Positions 20,753-31,018 of a stretch of 64,000 nucleotides of DNA are shown piece after piece (the first letter of the stretch is position 1; each line of letters opens with the position of its first letter). Below the pieces are notes generated by a model. That model was not told the origin of the DNA. It searched no databases and saw only the letters and a program-made list of their open reading frames with translations. A program made the translations under genes and the position numbers. Source of the DNA: Candidatus Woesearchaeota archaeon (GTDB lineage Archaea > Nanobdellota > Nanobdellia > Woesearchaeales > WAPY01); contig JBNAUL010000001.1 in NCBI GenBank assembly GCA_049700835.1, positions 246,043-310,042 of the forward strand, written 5' to 3'.

Positions 20753-21905
20753 TCCTCATTGAAACCCTAAATTTTTTTGAAGGGCTTAAATTTTTTGAAA
20801 GTATGTTATTAACAAGCGAAGAGTTTTCCAAATAATCATAGTATATGCCTGAAAGTTCTTTTGCAAAACCGTATGCATAGTAATAGAAGCCCTTAAATTG
20901 AAGGGTTGAATAGCTTGAATTGTGCGCAACTATTGTGCACGAAAACAAATCATCAAGTGTTGAGCTTATGTTCAAAATTATAGAATCATCTTCAGAACAA
21001 AAACTGATTTCTGAAAAGTTGCTCAGTATAAAAGACAAACCCTTATCTTCATCATAAAAATCAACATAGTCAGAGTTGAAATTGTAGCAGTTCTCATACG
21101 AGTAGTTTATTATGCCGCTGTTAAGATTGTCAGAGTAAAAATTGGTGAAATTAGCAATGCTGAAAGTCATGAGAATGTTGTATGAAATGTTTGAATTGCT
21201 CTGATTTCTAAAGTTTTCATTTTCAAAAAAGGAATATATTCTTTCCTTGTCCTTAAAAATGTAAATGCTCTCCTTAATTCCTGAGGAATAAACCTTATAC
21301 AAATTTACAAAGCCTTTGTTCAAAAATGATGAGTTGCTGCTATGAAAAGAAGCATTGTTTATCAGTATGTTAAAATCATTAACCAAAACAGAACCGTTGA
21401 ATGAAACATTTTTGACAAAAAAATCTGAAAATTCAACTCTGAGATTTTGCGTTGTTGTATAGTTTTCATTTCCAACTGTTATTTCAGAACTTCTTGTCTG
21501 GTTTGAGAAATTATATTTAGAATGGATTATATAGAAAACATTTTTAGAGCTTAGATTATAGTATAGGAGAATTTTTCCTTCGTCTATGTAAAAATCAACA
21601 GGAGCATCTTTATTGTCAGTTACCATGATGTTATCAGAACTCCAATTCAATGGAAAATTTAATATCAAAGGTTCATCTGAACTAATGTTTGAACGCACAT
21701 AGAGCATTAATTTATTGACCTCAGCATAGAGCTGTTCAAGATTTTTTTCTATTGTCTTTGTCTCCTGATTTGGATTAACATTTGATTTTAAACTTGGGGT
21801 TATGAAGAAGAAAACAACAATCAAATAAAGAACAAAGAGCGCTATGCTTATTATTGTATCTATTTGAGTATCCCCCCTTTTATCATAAAAAATTACTGAA
21901 TTCAT
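20619..21905 (-). CDS. Class III signal-peptide-like surface glycoprotein
   Basis: DKRG|DTQIDTIISIALFVLYL; many N-x-S/T sequons. Confidence 0.65.
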   Translation of the reverse strand: MNSVIFYDKRGDTQIDTIISIALFVLYLIVVFFFITPSLKSNVNPNQETKTIEKNLEQLYAEVNKLMLYVRSNISSDEPLILNFPLNWSSDNIMVTDNKDAPVDFYIDEGKILLYYNLSSKNVFYIIHSKYNFSNQTRSSEITVGNENYTTTQNLRVEFSDFFVKNVSFNGSVLVNDFNILINNASFHSSNSSFLNKGFVNLYKVYSSGIKESIYIFKDKERIYSFFENENFRNQSNSNISYNILMTFSIANFTNFYSDNLNSGIINYSYENCYNFNSDYVDFYDEDKGLSFILSNFSEISFCSEDDSIILNISSTLDDLFSCTIVAHNSSYSTLQFKGFYYYAYGFAKELSGIYYDYLENSSLVNNILSKNLSPSKKFRVSMRIGNSVFYYGNETIENLNIYARTVSKPILHRNGSYENEIITIATW

Positions 21906-22070
21906 ATTTCAACTTATACGCCTTTAAAATGCACCTTCAAATGCTTGCTTTGCTTTTTTTGATTTTAACAATTTTCACAGGACTTATTGTTTATTGTTAT
22001 TTAAAAATGTTGTGAAAAATTTCAAAATATTCAAAATATTTTTATATGATTTCAGCATTCCAATCTCAGC

Positions 22071-25000
22071 ATGATTGAAAAGAGTTACAACCCTCAAAAG
22101 GTTGAAGAGGAAATGCTTGAGTTTTGGAAGGAGAACAAGACATACGAAAAACTGAAGAAGAAAAACAAAAACAATAAGAAATTCTATTATTTAGACGGCC
22201 CGCCTTATACAACAGGCGCAATACACATAGGGCATGCTTGGGGAAAAGCGCTCAGGGATTCTATAATGAGATACAAGAGAATGCAGGGCTTTGATGTGTA
22301 TGACAGGCCTGGATTTGATATGCATGGATTGCCTATAGAAGTTGCTGTTGAAAAGAAATTCGGCATAAAAGACAAAAAGGAATTATTAGAAAAGATAGGT
22401 ATTGACAATTTCATAAAATCCTGCAGAGAGTTTGCTCTTGAACAAATGTATCCAATGATCAACGATTTCAAGAGAGAAGGGGTTTGGATGGAATGGGATA
22501 ATCCATACATGACAATAAACAATGAGTACATAGAAGCTGTTTGGTGGGCTTTGAAAAGAGCGCACGAAAAAAAACTCTTATACAACGATTTCAAAACAAT
22601 GACTTGGTGCCCTAGATGCGCAACAGCCCTTGCAAAGCACGAGTTGGAATACAAAAATGTAAATGACAAGTCAATATTTGTAAAATTTCCAATAATTGGT
22701 TCTGAAAACAATTTTTTAATCGTTTGGACAACAACTCCTTGGACCATACCTTTCAACTTGGCGGTAATGGTTCATCCTGATTTTGACTATGTGAAAATTA
22801 AGGTTGAAAACGAGTTTTGGATCGTGGCAAAAGCGCTTTCAAATGCTCTCTTTGGATTAGTTGGAAAAGATTACAATGTAGTTCAAGAATTCAAGGGTTC
22901 AGCATTAGAAGGAATAAGATACAAAACACCATTCTACGAGGAGCTTGATTTTCACAATAAACTTTTTGAAGAGAACAAAAAATCGTATTCTGTTTTGCTT
23001 TCAGAAGAATATGTTGATTTGAGCGCAGGAACAGGGTTGGTGCATTGCGCTCCAGGATGCGGGCCAGAGGATTATGAAGTCGGGAAAAAGAACAACCTTC
23101 CAGCTTTTAATCTTCTGGATGAAGAAGGCAATTTTGTCAATGCTGGAAGCTTAACAGGGCTAAAGGCAAAGAAGGATGATGAAAATTTCATAAGATTGTT
23201 GAATGAAAAAAAACTATTGGTTGCTGAAACAACAGTTGAGCACGAATATGCGCACTGCTGGCGTTGCAAGACTCCTGTTGTTTACAGGGCAACAAAGCAA
23301 TGGTTCTTGACTGTTGAAAAACTCAAGCAGAGAATGAGAGACGAAAACAAGCGCATAGATTGGGTTCCAAACTGGGCTGGTTCAAAGTGGTTTGATTCAT
23401 GGCTCGATAATCTGCAGGACTGGTGCATTTCAAGACAGAGGTTTTGGGGAATTCCGCTGCCAATATGGGTTTGCGACAGATGCAACAGCATAAAGTTAAT
23501 TGGTTCAAAACAAGAGTTGGAAAAATTAAGCAAGCAGAAAATAGAAGATTTGCACAGACCTTGGATTGATAGCGTAAAACTAAAATGTTCCTGCGGGGCT
23601 GAAATGCAGAGAATTGAAGATGTCCTTGATGTGTGGCTTGATTCAGGAGCAGCTTCTTGGGCAACTTTGAAATATCCTTTAGAACAGGAGCAATTCAAGA
23701 AGCTATGGCCAGCAGATTTGATTCTCGAGGGAAAAGACCAAATAAGAGGATGGTTTAACTCCCTCATGTGTTTAAGCTTTGTTGCGTTGGAAAAATCTCC
23801 TTACAAGAGCGTTTACATGCATGGATTCATAAACGATGCCCAAGGAAGGAAAATGTCAAAATCGTTGAAAAACATAATTTCTCCTTATGAAATAATAGAC
23901 AAGTACGGAGCAGATACCATGCGCTATTACATGATTTCAGGAACAAGCCCAGGTGTTGACCTGAACTATAATTTTGACGACATGAGGATAAAGTTTAGAA
24001 ATCTTTCAATACTCTGGAACATACACCTCTATCTTTTTGACATTGTAAAAACTCATAACCTTAACATAAAAGATGTTGCCAGCGAAATAAAGAAAGAAGA
24101 ACTTGACACTGCTGAAAGGTTCATTGTTTCAAGAGCAAACAGCGCAATCAAGGAAATAACTGAAAAGTTCAACAAATACTATCTAAATGAAACTCCTGTT
24201 ATTGCAGAATCTCTGTTCTTGGATTTGAGCAGGAAGTACATAAGGTTGAGCAGGGAAAAGGCTAATAAGAAACCTGAAACGGTTGCAAAAATAATTTTCA
24301 ATGTTCTTATGTCTTCTCTTAAGATATTTGCTCCGATAGCGCCGTTTATTACAGAAAAAATATACCAAAATATTAGAAGAGAATTCGCTCTGAAAGACGA
24401 ACTTAAAGAGGAGAGCATACATCTTTTTGAATGGCCAAGTTACGATGAAACCTTGATAGACAAAAAATTGGAAAGCCAATTTCAGACAGTCTTTTCAATA
24501 ATACAGGCAGGACTTTCTTTGAGGGAAAAAATTGGACTTGGAATAAGATGGCCATTGAACAGATTAATCATAGTAACAGAAAATGGAGAAACAAGGGATG
24601 CGGCAAAGGTTTTGTATTCAATAATAAGGGAGCAGTTGAACATAAAGGAAATTTTATTTGAAGACAGAATAGAAACGCATAAGAAGGTAAAACTCAATTT
24701 TTCTTCATTGAATCAAGAGCATAGGAGAAGCATACCAAAGATAGTTTCAGAACTTTCTCAGGCAAGTCCTGATTTCATAATAAAAAGGATTGAAAAGGAA
24801 GGATGTTATAAGATAAAGGACGGATCTACAGAGATAAAAATTCTAAAGGAAAACTTGATAATAGAAGAGGAAATACCGAAAAATCTTGTTGTCTCGGAAA
24901 TAGAAAACGCAAAAGTTATTCTTGACTCAAAAATCACTCCTGAACTTGAAGCAGAGGGCTATGCAAGAGAACTTGTAAGGAGAATACAAAATATTAGAAA

Positions 25001-25217
25001 GAAGAAAGGGCTGACAAAGATTCAGAGGATAGAACTTAAGATTCTTTGCGAAGAAAAAATGCTTGATCTAATTTCAAGTTTTAGAGAAGCTATTGGAAAG
25101 AAGACAGGTGCTTCAAGCATTGAAATCTCAAAGATGGAAGAAAAGACGGAGAACTTTGAGTTAGAAAAGATAAGAGGAAAAGAGTTTGCGATAAGCATGC
25201 GCTTAATAGATGATTAA
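22071..25217 (+). CDS. ileS: Isoleucine--tRNA ligase
   Basis: DGPPY, HIGH, WTTTPWT, GTGLVH, WCISRQR, KMSKS. Confidence 0.97.
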   Translation: MIEKSYNPQKVEEEMLEFWKENKTYEKLKKKNKNNKKFYYLDGPPYTTGAIHIGHAWGKALRDSIMRYKRMQGFDVYDRPGFDMHGLPIEVAVEKKFGIKDKKELLEKIGIDNFIKSCREFALEQMYPMINDFKREGVWMEWDNPYMTINNEYIEAVWWALKRAHEKKLLYNDFKTMTWCPRCATALAKHELEYKNVNDKSIFVKFPIIGSENNFLIVWTTTPWTIPFNLAVMVHPDFDYVKIKVENEFWIVAKALSNALFGLVGKDYNVVQEFKGSALEGIRYKTPFYEELDFHNKLFEENKKSYSVLLSEEYVDLSAGTGLVHCAPGCGPEDYEVGKKNNLPAFNLLDEEGNFVNAGSLTGLKAKKDDENFIRLLNEKKLLVAETTVEHEYAHCWRCKTPVVYRATKQWFLTVEKLKQRMRDENKRIDWVPNWAGSKWFDSWLDNLQDWCISRQRFWGIPLPIWVCDRCNSIKLIGSKQELEKLSKQKIEDLHRPWIDSVKLKCSCGAEMQRIEDVLDVWLDSGAASWATLKYPLEQEQFKKLWPADLILEGKDQIRGWFNSLMCLSFVALEKSPYKSVYMHGFINDAQGRKMSKSLKNIISPYEIIDKYGADTMRYYMISGTSPGVDLNYNFDDMRIKFRNLSILWNIHLYLFDIVKTHNLNIKDVASEIKKEELDTAERFIVSRANSAIKEITEKFNKYYLNETPVIAESLFLDLSRKYIRLSREKANKKPETVAKIIFNVLMSSLKIFAPIAPFITEKIYQNIRREFALKDELKEESIHLFEWPSYDETLIDKKLESQFQTVFSIIQAGLSLREKIGLGIRWPLNRLIIVTENGETRDAAKVLYSIIREQLNIKEILFEDRIETHKKVKLNFSSLNQEHRRSIPKIVSELSQASPDFIIKRIEKEGCYKIKDGSTEIKILKENLIIEEEIPKNLVVSEIENAKVILDSKITPELEAEGYARELVRRIQNIRKKKGLTKIQRIELKILCEEKMLDLISSFREAIGKKTGASSIEISKMEEKTENFELEKIRGKEFAISMRLIDD

Positions 25218-25271
25218 CAACATAATCTTTCTCAGAAAAATTTTTAAAGAAAGCAACAATCTTATTCCAAA

Positions 25272-25742
25272 ATGAAAGTATCAAAGGAAACTCCTCTCTT
25301 AGAGATAACTTTGAGAAAATACGAGAGGCCTTCTTTTAAGGATTTGAGAACTCTGATAAAGAAATTTTGCCTTTGCCTTGGGCTCTTGCAAACAGGAGAC
25401 TCAAGAGACATAATCGTAGATGTTTTAATAATTTTATTAAAAAATTCTAAAAAGAAAAGAGAGCTTACATCGATGGAAGTCAGAGAAGAAGTTATGAATT
25501 ACAGGAAGAAGAGAAAACTTAGCTTAAACGGCACAGCGCACTCAAACATAAGAAGACAGCTTTTAAGATTGAGGGAGCTCATATTGGTTGAAAAGAAGAG
25601 AAACAAATACAGGATAACAGAGTTTCTAACGATGAAGGACATCTTGAACCAAAAGATAAAACTCTATCTTATTAATGATGCTTTGTCAAGAATAGAGGAA
25701 TATTGCGATGAAATAGACAGGCAGGTATTGACAGTCAAGTGA
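25272..25742 (+). CDS. Hypothetical winged-helix-like protein
   Basis: EITLRKYE, LGLLQ.GDSRD, SNIRRQL.RL pattern. Confidence 0.6.
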   Translation: MKVSKETPLLEITLRKYERPSFKDLRTLIKKFCLCLGLLQTGDSRDIIVDVLIILLKNSKKKRELTSMEVREEVMNYRKKRKLSLNGTAHSNIRRQLLRLRELILVEKKRNKYRITEFLTMKDILNQKIKLYLINDALSRIEEYCDEIDRQVLTVK

Positions 25743-25853
25743 GCATTTGATGTATAAAAATAGTAAAGTTTAAATACTAATTCAATTTATTTTCAGACGA
25801 AATAAAAAGGCTTGGGGTTTATATGCCTAAGAGATAAAAAAAGGTGATATGTA

Positions 25854-26099
25854 ATGGCACAGAAAGTTGCGAAAGTAGGTGTTAAGAAAGAAAAAGGATA
25901 TCTCTATTTTGTGGATAAGAATGGAGATGTCTCAAGAGCTGTAATGGCTCGCGGTGGAAAAGTAAAGGGAAAGAAGGTAGAGAAGGTTGCAAAAGTCGGA
26001 ATAAAGAAAGAAGATGGCTATCTCTACTTTATAGACAAGCAGGGAGATATCTCAAGAGCAAAGATGGTCAGAGGAGGAAGGAAAAAAAGGAAGAAATAA
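25854..26099 (+). CDS. Small, highly basic protein with an internal tandem repeat
   Basis: Two copies of KVAKVG.KKE.GYLYF.DK.GD.SRA.M.RGG; GGTGA RBS and T-rich terminator. Confidence 0.85.
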   Translation: MAQKVAKVGVKKEKGYLYFVDKNGDVSRAVMARGGKVKGKKVEKVAKVGIKKEDGYLYFIDKQGDISRAKMVRGGRKKRKK

Positions 26100-26210
26100 A
26101 CCTTTAATCAAATTTTTTATTTTTATTTTTTTAATTCTATGTTAATTTTATATTAATTCTATATTCTTTCACATTAAAACTTAAATACGCATTCATTTTA
26201 TTTACGATTC

Positions 26211-27467
26211 ATGAAACCATATACAGCAGAACTCTGCATTAGGTGCAAGGGAAATCTGCTCTGCGGACTGAACTATTGTCCGTTGATAGCAAAAAAACTT
26301 TCAGTAGCAGCAGTAAAGGAAAAGTTTGAGAAGATAAATGACGAATTCTCCACGCTATCAAATTCAGTGCTAGTAGGAGCAAAGAACTATCCAAACATAA
26401 ATCTTGGAGTTCTTGGAAGCCTTGAAAGAGATTCGCAGGAAAAAACATTCTTTGATTCTCCGAGGGAGTGGAGCGCAAGGAACCTTGGAATAAATGATGT
26501 AGTAAGACTTAGAATTTCCCTAATGAATTCAATAAAGAAAACATTGGGGGTTAATATAAGAACAAAGTATTTAGAAAAGGCGCAGGAGATTGCGCTCTCC
26601 TCAAAGCCGTTGTACACAGACATAAAGCTTTCCAAAAAAGCGTCCTTCAATGTTAATTTTGACGCATTCACCCCACCGTATGGACCAAGTGGCTATATGA
26701 AAAACATAATCATAAATGAAAACCCAAGAATTGATTTTAGGATTGAGAGATTTTACAACGATTACGATGCAAAAGCAGGTTTGGCAATAGTAGAGCTTTA
26801 CAAAAAAGGTTTTGAAGAAAATTTTCTTTCAAAAGCATTGAGCGTAGGAGCTTTTGGAGTAAAGACAGAAAGAAAGATAGTTCCTACGAGGTGGGCAATA
26901 ACAGCAGTTGATGACAACATCGGAAAACAACTGATAGAGGAAATAAAGAATTACGGCAATTCTGAGAACTGTGCTTTTTTTGGAGGATACTTAGGCAACT
27001 ATTACTTGATTCTATTTTTTGAAAGGTTTTGGAGTTATGAATTGTTTGAGAGTTACATGCCAAATGTTGATTGGAACATAAGCAACAAACTTATGTTCAT
27101 GAAGGATTACGAGAATTATTACGGAAGAAAAAACTATGCTGAAAACACCTCAGGAGGTTACTACGCAGCAAGATTAGCAATTCTTGAAAAACTTTCAAAA
27201 ATAAGGAGACAAGCATCTGTTCTTTGCATAAGGGTGATAACTCCTGAGTACTATGCTCCTTTAGGGGTTTGGGTTGTAAGAGAAGCAACAAGAAAAGCCC
27301 TTTCCAAAAACCCGATTGCATTTTCAGATCAAGAACTAATGCTGAGGTATGCTGAAATCCTGCTAAAAAAGAAATTCGGTATTGAACTGAGCGCTATTTT
27401 AAAAGAGAGCAAACTCTTTAAAGAGATGAAGCATCAGAAGAGCTTGAATTCTTTCAAGAGAACTTAA
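26211..27467 (+). CDS. nreA: Nre-family DNA repair protein
   Basis: CxxCKG..LCG...CP, VPTRWAITAVD, GGYYAAR, P.GVW.VRE; C-terminal PIP box QKSLNSF. Confidence 0.9.
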   Translation: MKPYTAELCIRCKGNLLCGLNYCPLIAKKLSVAAVKEKFEKINDEFSTLSNSVLVGAKNYPNINLGVLGSLERDSQEKTFFDSPREWSARNLGINDVVRLRISLMNSIKKTLGVNIRTKYLEKAQEIALSSKPLYTDIKLSKKASFNVNFDAFTPPYGPSGYMKNIIINENPRIDFRIERFYNDYDAKAGLAIVELYKKGFEENFLSKALSVGAFGVKTERKIVPTRWAITAVDDNIGKQLIEEIKNYGNSENCAFFGGYLGNYYLILFFERFWSYELFESYMPNVDWNISNKLMFMKDYENYYGRKNYAENTSGGYYAARLAILEKLSKIRRQASVLCIRVITPEYYAPLGVWVVREATRKALSKNPIAFSDQELMLRYAEILLKKKFGIELSAILKESKLFKEMKHQKSLNSFKRT

Positions 27468-27567
27468 AGAGAAATTAAAAAGGAATTAACAAAAGATTTT
27501 TGCATTCGAGAAAACAAAATCAGAACAATATTTTAAAGATTTGTTTCAAAGATCTAAAGTTGCTTAT

Positions 27568-30117
27568 CTATTGCTTTAAACTCTTATTCTCTTTAAGAGA
27601 TTTCTTTATCTCCGAAGCAAACCTGTTTATTGTCTTTAAAAGAAACTCTTCTTGAGTTTTTAAGATGTCGCACGATTTCTTTATTATCTCATCATCGCTT
27701 CCTTCAAAAATCTTTTTTGAGGAAAGTTTAAACATTCTTTTTTTATTCTTTTTTACAATGTCCTTCCACAAGCTAAACAATTCCTCAACCCTTCCAGGAA
27801 TTTCGCTCTTATTGCAGTCCAAAATCCTGCAGAGCTCTCTTAGCAATTCCTGCTGCTCTTTGATTATTTTCATAGCAGCGTTGCCAGCAACAAACTCAAT
27901 CCTCACAATTCCGTCTTGTATCTTTGATGTCTTTACTATCTTTATGACCTCTGCCTCAGAGGTGTTATTCAAGTGCGTCCCACCGCAGGCCTCAACATCA
28001 AAATTAGGAATTTCAACAATCCTTAATTCCCTTCCAGGAACAGCCCCTCCTTGATATATCATAAAACCAAACCTTTCCTCTGCTTCGTTCCTAAGCATCA
28101 AATACTTTTTAACAGCAATTGCTTTTTTTACAATATCATTAGACAACCTTTCAATTTCCTTTGTTTCCTTATCGCTCAACTGCTCGTAATGGGTTATATC
28201 CAATCTTGCCCTTTCCAATGTTTTTGAAGCTCCTGCCTGCCAAACATGATTTCCAAGAACCATCCTTGCAGCTCCATTGATAATATGAGTTGAGGTATGA
28301 TGTTGGGTCAATTGTTTCCTAATCTCAAAATCAATCTTTCCAATAACAATGTCACCTTCTTTGAAATCAACGCTATCTAGGACATGGACAACTAAATTGT
28401 TCTGCTTGAAAACATCCAAAACCTTGTTGCTGTTCAAGAAACCAAAGTCATGCATTTGTCCTCCCGAGGTAGGATAAAACGCTGTTTTGTCAAGAACAAC
28501 ATAAAACTTGTTGTTTTCCTTTTTAATTTCCAAAACCCTTGCCTTAAAATCCACCAATGAGTAATCATCGTAGTATAAGACTTCTGTCTTTTTTTCTGTT
28601 TTTAAATTTACAGCATCCTCTTTAAATGTCTGAGTTTTTTCAATGCTCTTTGAACTTTGGTGTCTTTCATTTAGCAGAGCATAAAAATTGTCAGGAATTT
28701 TTATTTCAATTCCTTTTTCAAGAGCCTTCCTCACTATCAAATCAGGGCTTATGCCGTTGCTGTCATACAATTCAACAAACTTTTCAGTTGAAAGTTCTCC
28801 TTTGTTCAAGAATCTTTCAATGATAACCTCTGATTTTTCAATGGAACTCCTGTATTTCTTTTTTTCAACATCCAAAATCTTTATTGAATCTTCAAGATTT
28901 TCGCTAACTTCAGGGAATATTTCCTTAAGTTCAGCAGCATGCAGCTCCATCACTTCCTTTAAATCAATGCTCCACTTGTACTTTTCAATGAACGACAAAG
29001 CCCGTCTCAAAATCATTCTTAAATTATAACCACCTCCTGAGTTGCTTGGCAAGCATCCGTCGCTGAAAGCAAACAACAGTGTTCTTGAGTGCTCTGCAAT
29101 GCTGTAAAGAGCAGCAATCCTGTAAATCATTTCTTTAAGCTCGTTTACATTAACTCCAATTTTTTTGCTTATGAAAGACCAAACGCTGTTTAGATCCTCA
29201 TTCTCATCAACATTCAGCATGGATGCAAATGGAAGAAACTTTTTCAAAATGGAACTGTCATAACTTTCTCCTGAAACCTCTTTCAATCTCTTCATAACCT
29301 TTGGAAAAACAGCATCATAACTTGTTGGAGTTGCCTGAGAAAACCATGTGTTGCGCTCATGCCCCATTCCCATATCCAAAACTTTCAGCTTCAACGGCTC
29401 AATTCCATCGTTTGTTATTTGGTGACTCATATAGACCTGATTTCCAAGCTCTAATCCTCTTGAAAAGAACTCCATGCAAACCCCTGCATTGCCTCCGCCA
29501 GCCCAGGCATCCTCATGATAAATAATTTCCTTAACAGGAATCTTTAACCCCTTTACAAGCCAATTGTGGATGTCTTCAAAATACTTTTCCTGATCGAACT
29601 CAGAGGGTTTTTTAAAAGCGTGCTGCCCAATCATTACAAAACCAGTATAGTGAGATCCAGTTAAACCTACATTATCCACATCATTGAACCTTAAGCAGAA
29701 TTGCGGAACAACCAACGGGTTTGCAGGCGGTTCTATCATTCCAGAAACAACATACGGCTGAAAGTCATAGATTGATGCCTGAACAAAATCAGTATCGTCG
29801 CGCCATCTTGCAGCAACAGGATAGCGTTTTATTGGAGCATAACCAAAATCCTTGAACATTGAAGAAAACCTCTTCCAAAGCCCTGCATAGGTGAAGCTTT
29901 TCCTTGCAGGAGTTTTTTCAATAAAACCATAACCTCCAACGCATGTTGAATCCCCGCAGAAATCCCTTTCCTCTATGCTCCAGAAGAACCTTCCGCATTT
30001 CTTGCATGTCCTTCTTGAAAATCCAAATTCTCTTAGTTTATTGACTGCAAAAAACCTTTCAGGATTATCCCTTGACAATTTCCTGAATTCTGATTTAACT
30101 TCCTTGTCTGTTAGCAT
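27568..30117 (-). CDS. alaS: Alanine--tRNA ligase (archaeal type; no recognisable C-terminal DHHA1)
   Basis: RYPVAARWRDD, ASIYDFQP, WAGGGN, HHTSTH, YQGG, EACGGTH. Confidence 0.95.
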   Translation of the reverse strand: MLTDKEVKSEFRKLSRDNPERFFAVNKLREFGFSRRTCKKCGRFFWSIEERDFCGDSTCVGGYGFIEKTPARKSFTYAGLWKRFSSMFKDFGYAPIKRYPVAARWRDDTDFVQASIYDFQPYVVSGMIEPPANPLVVPQFCLRFNDVDNVGLTGSHYTGFVMIGQHAFKKPSEFDQEKYFEDIHNWLVKGLKIPVKEIIYHEDAWAGGGNAGVCMEFFSRGLELGNQVYMSHQITNDGIEPLKLKVLDMGMGHERNTWFSQATPTSYDAVFPKVMKRLKEVSGESYDSSILKKFLPFASMLNVDENEDLNSVWSFISKKIGVNVNELKEMIYRIAALYSIAEHSRTLLFAFSDGCLPSNSGGGYNLRMILRRALSFIEKYKWSIDLKEVMELHAAELKEIFPEVSENLEDSIKILDVEKKKYRSSIEKSEVIIERFLNKGELSTEKFVELYDSNGISPDLIVRKALEKGIEIKIPDNFYALLNERHQSSKSIEKTQTFKEDAVNLKTEKKTEVLYYDDYSLVDFKARVLEIKKENNKFYVVLDKTAFYPTSGGQMHDFGFLNSNKVLDVFKQNNLVVHVLDSVDFKEGDIVIGKIDFEIRKQLTQHHTSTHIINGAARMVLGNHVWQAGASKTLERARLDITHYEQLSDKETKEIERLSNDIVKKAIAVKKYLMLRNEAEERFGFMIYQGGAVPGRELRIVEIPNFDVEACGGTHLNNTSEAEVIKIVKTSKIQDGIVRIEFVAGNAAMKIIKEQQELLRELCRILDCNKSEIPGRVEELFSLWKDIVKKNKKRMFKLSSKKIFEGSDDEIIKKSCDILKTQEEFLLKTINRFASEIKKSLKENKSLKQ

Positions 30118-30182
30118 CTAAGTAAGAGTTTTATATTGCTTATAAATATTTTTTGATTAAAGAAAATCTATTAAATCTTTGA

Positions 30183-30255
30183 TGGGCCTGTCCGGATTCG
30201 AACCGGAGACCTCTGCCTCGTGAAGGCAGCGTTATAGCCACTAAACCACAGGCCC
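30183..30255 (-). tRNA. tRNA-Val (CAC)
   Basis: GGGCCTG acceptor stem, CTGCC-TTCACGA-GGCAG anticodon arm, TTCGAAT T-loop; no intron, no encoded CCA. Confidence 0.95.
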
Positions 30256-30351
30256 TTTTACCAATTTGATGTTAGGATAATTCTGCATTTTTAAAGTTTT
30301 TTAAAACGCACAGTTAAAATCCTTAAAAGGAAAAATTCCTGAAAAAGCAAA

Positions 30352-30990
30352 CTAAAAATTATTAAGCAATTCTTTTGAAATTTTATGGGCAATCCTTATT
30401 GGTTCTGGAAGTTTTTGTTTTTCACTTAAAAAGCATTTGCTAACAATTCGAACTGCTGTTTTTAAGGTTATCATGTTTCCAGGGTTTACAAACAACTCTC
30501 TAAAATCATTCCTCTTCAAAACAAAACCAATCTTTTTATCGTTCAAATAAACATATACTCCCTTCATAATCCCGCACAGCAAATTCTTAGCAATTCCTAT
30601 TGTTGGTTTTTTCAAAACAACCCCTGCGTGAGATGCAAAACCTGCAAATCTCGGATGGATAATTCCATTGGCGTCAAAAAGAAAAACCTCTGGCTTTAAT
30701 CTCAATTTCTTAAAAGTCCTTAAAAATCTAGGAAGTTCCCTGAAACTCAAGAAATTAGGAACATATGGAAATTCTATTTTTGAAAATGAACTCTTGATTT
30801 CAAGAACGCTCAATGTTTTAAAATCCAAAACAGCTATTGCATTGACGCAATATTCTTTTCCATTGATCTTTTTATAAGAGGAATCAACCCCTGCAACGCA
30901 ATTTATGCTTTCAATTTTAACAAAATCTTTAAATATTATTTTCTTTGCAATCTTAGATTGTTCACTTTTTAATCTATCAAGATCTAGCAT
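30352..30990 (-). CDS. nfi: Endonuclease V
   Basis: AGVD, FPYVP.FLSFRE, DANGIIHPR, PTIGIAK, LPEPIR.AH. Confidence 0.93.
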   Translation of the reverse strand: MLDLDRLKSEQSKIAKKIIFKDFVKIESINCVAGVDSSYKKINGKEYCVNAIAVLDFKTLSVLEIKSSFSKIEFPYVPNFLSFRELPRFLRTFKKLRLKPEVFLFDANGIIHPRFAGFASHAGVVLKKPTIGIAKNLLCGIMKGVYVYLNDKKIGFVLKRNDFRELFVNPGNMITLKTAVRIVSKCFLSEKQKLPEPIRIAHKISKELLNNF

Positions 30991-31018
30991 CTTAGATTTT
31001 TGCTCTTTGTTTTGTTTT

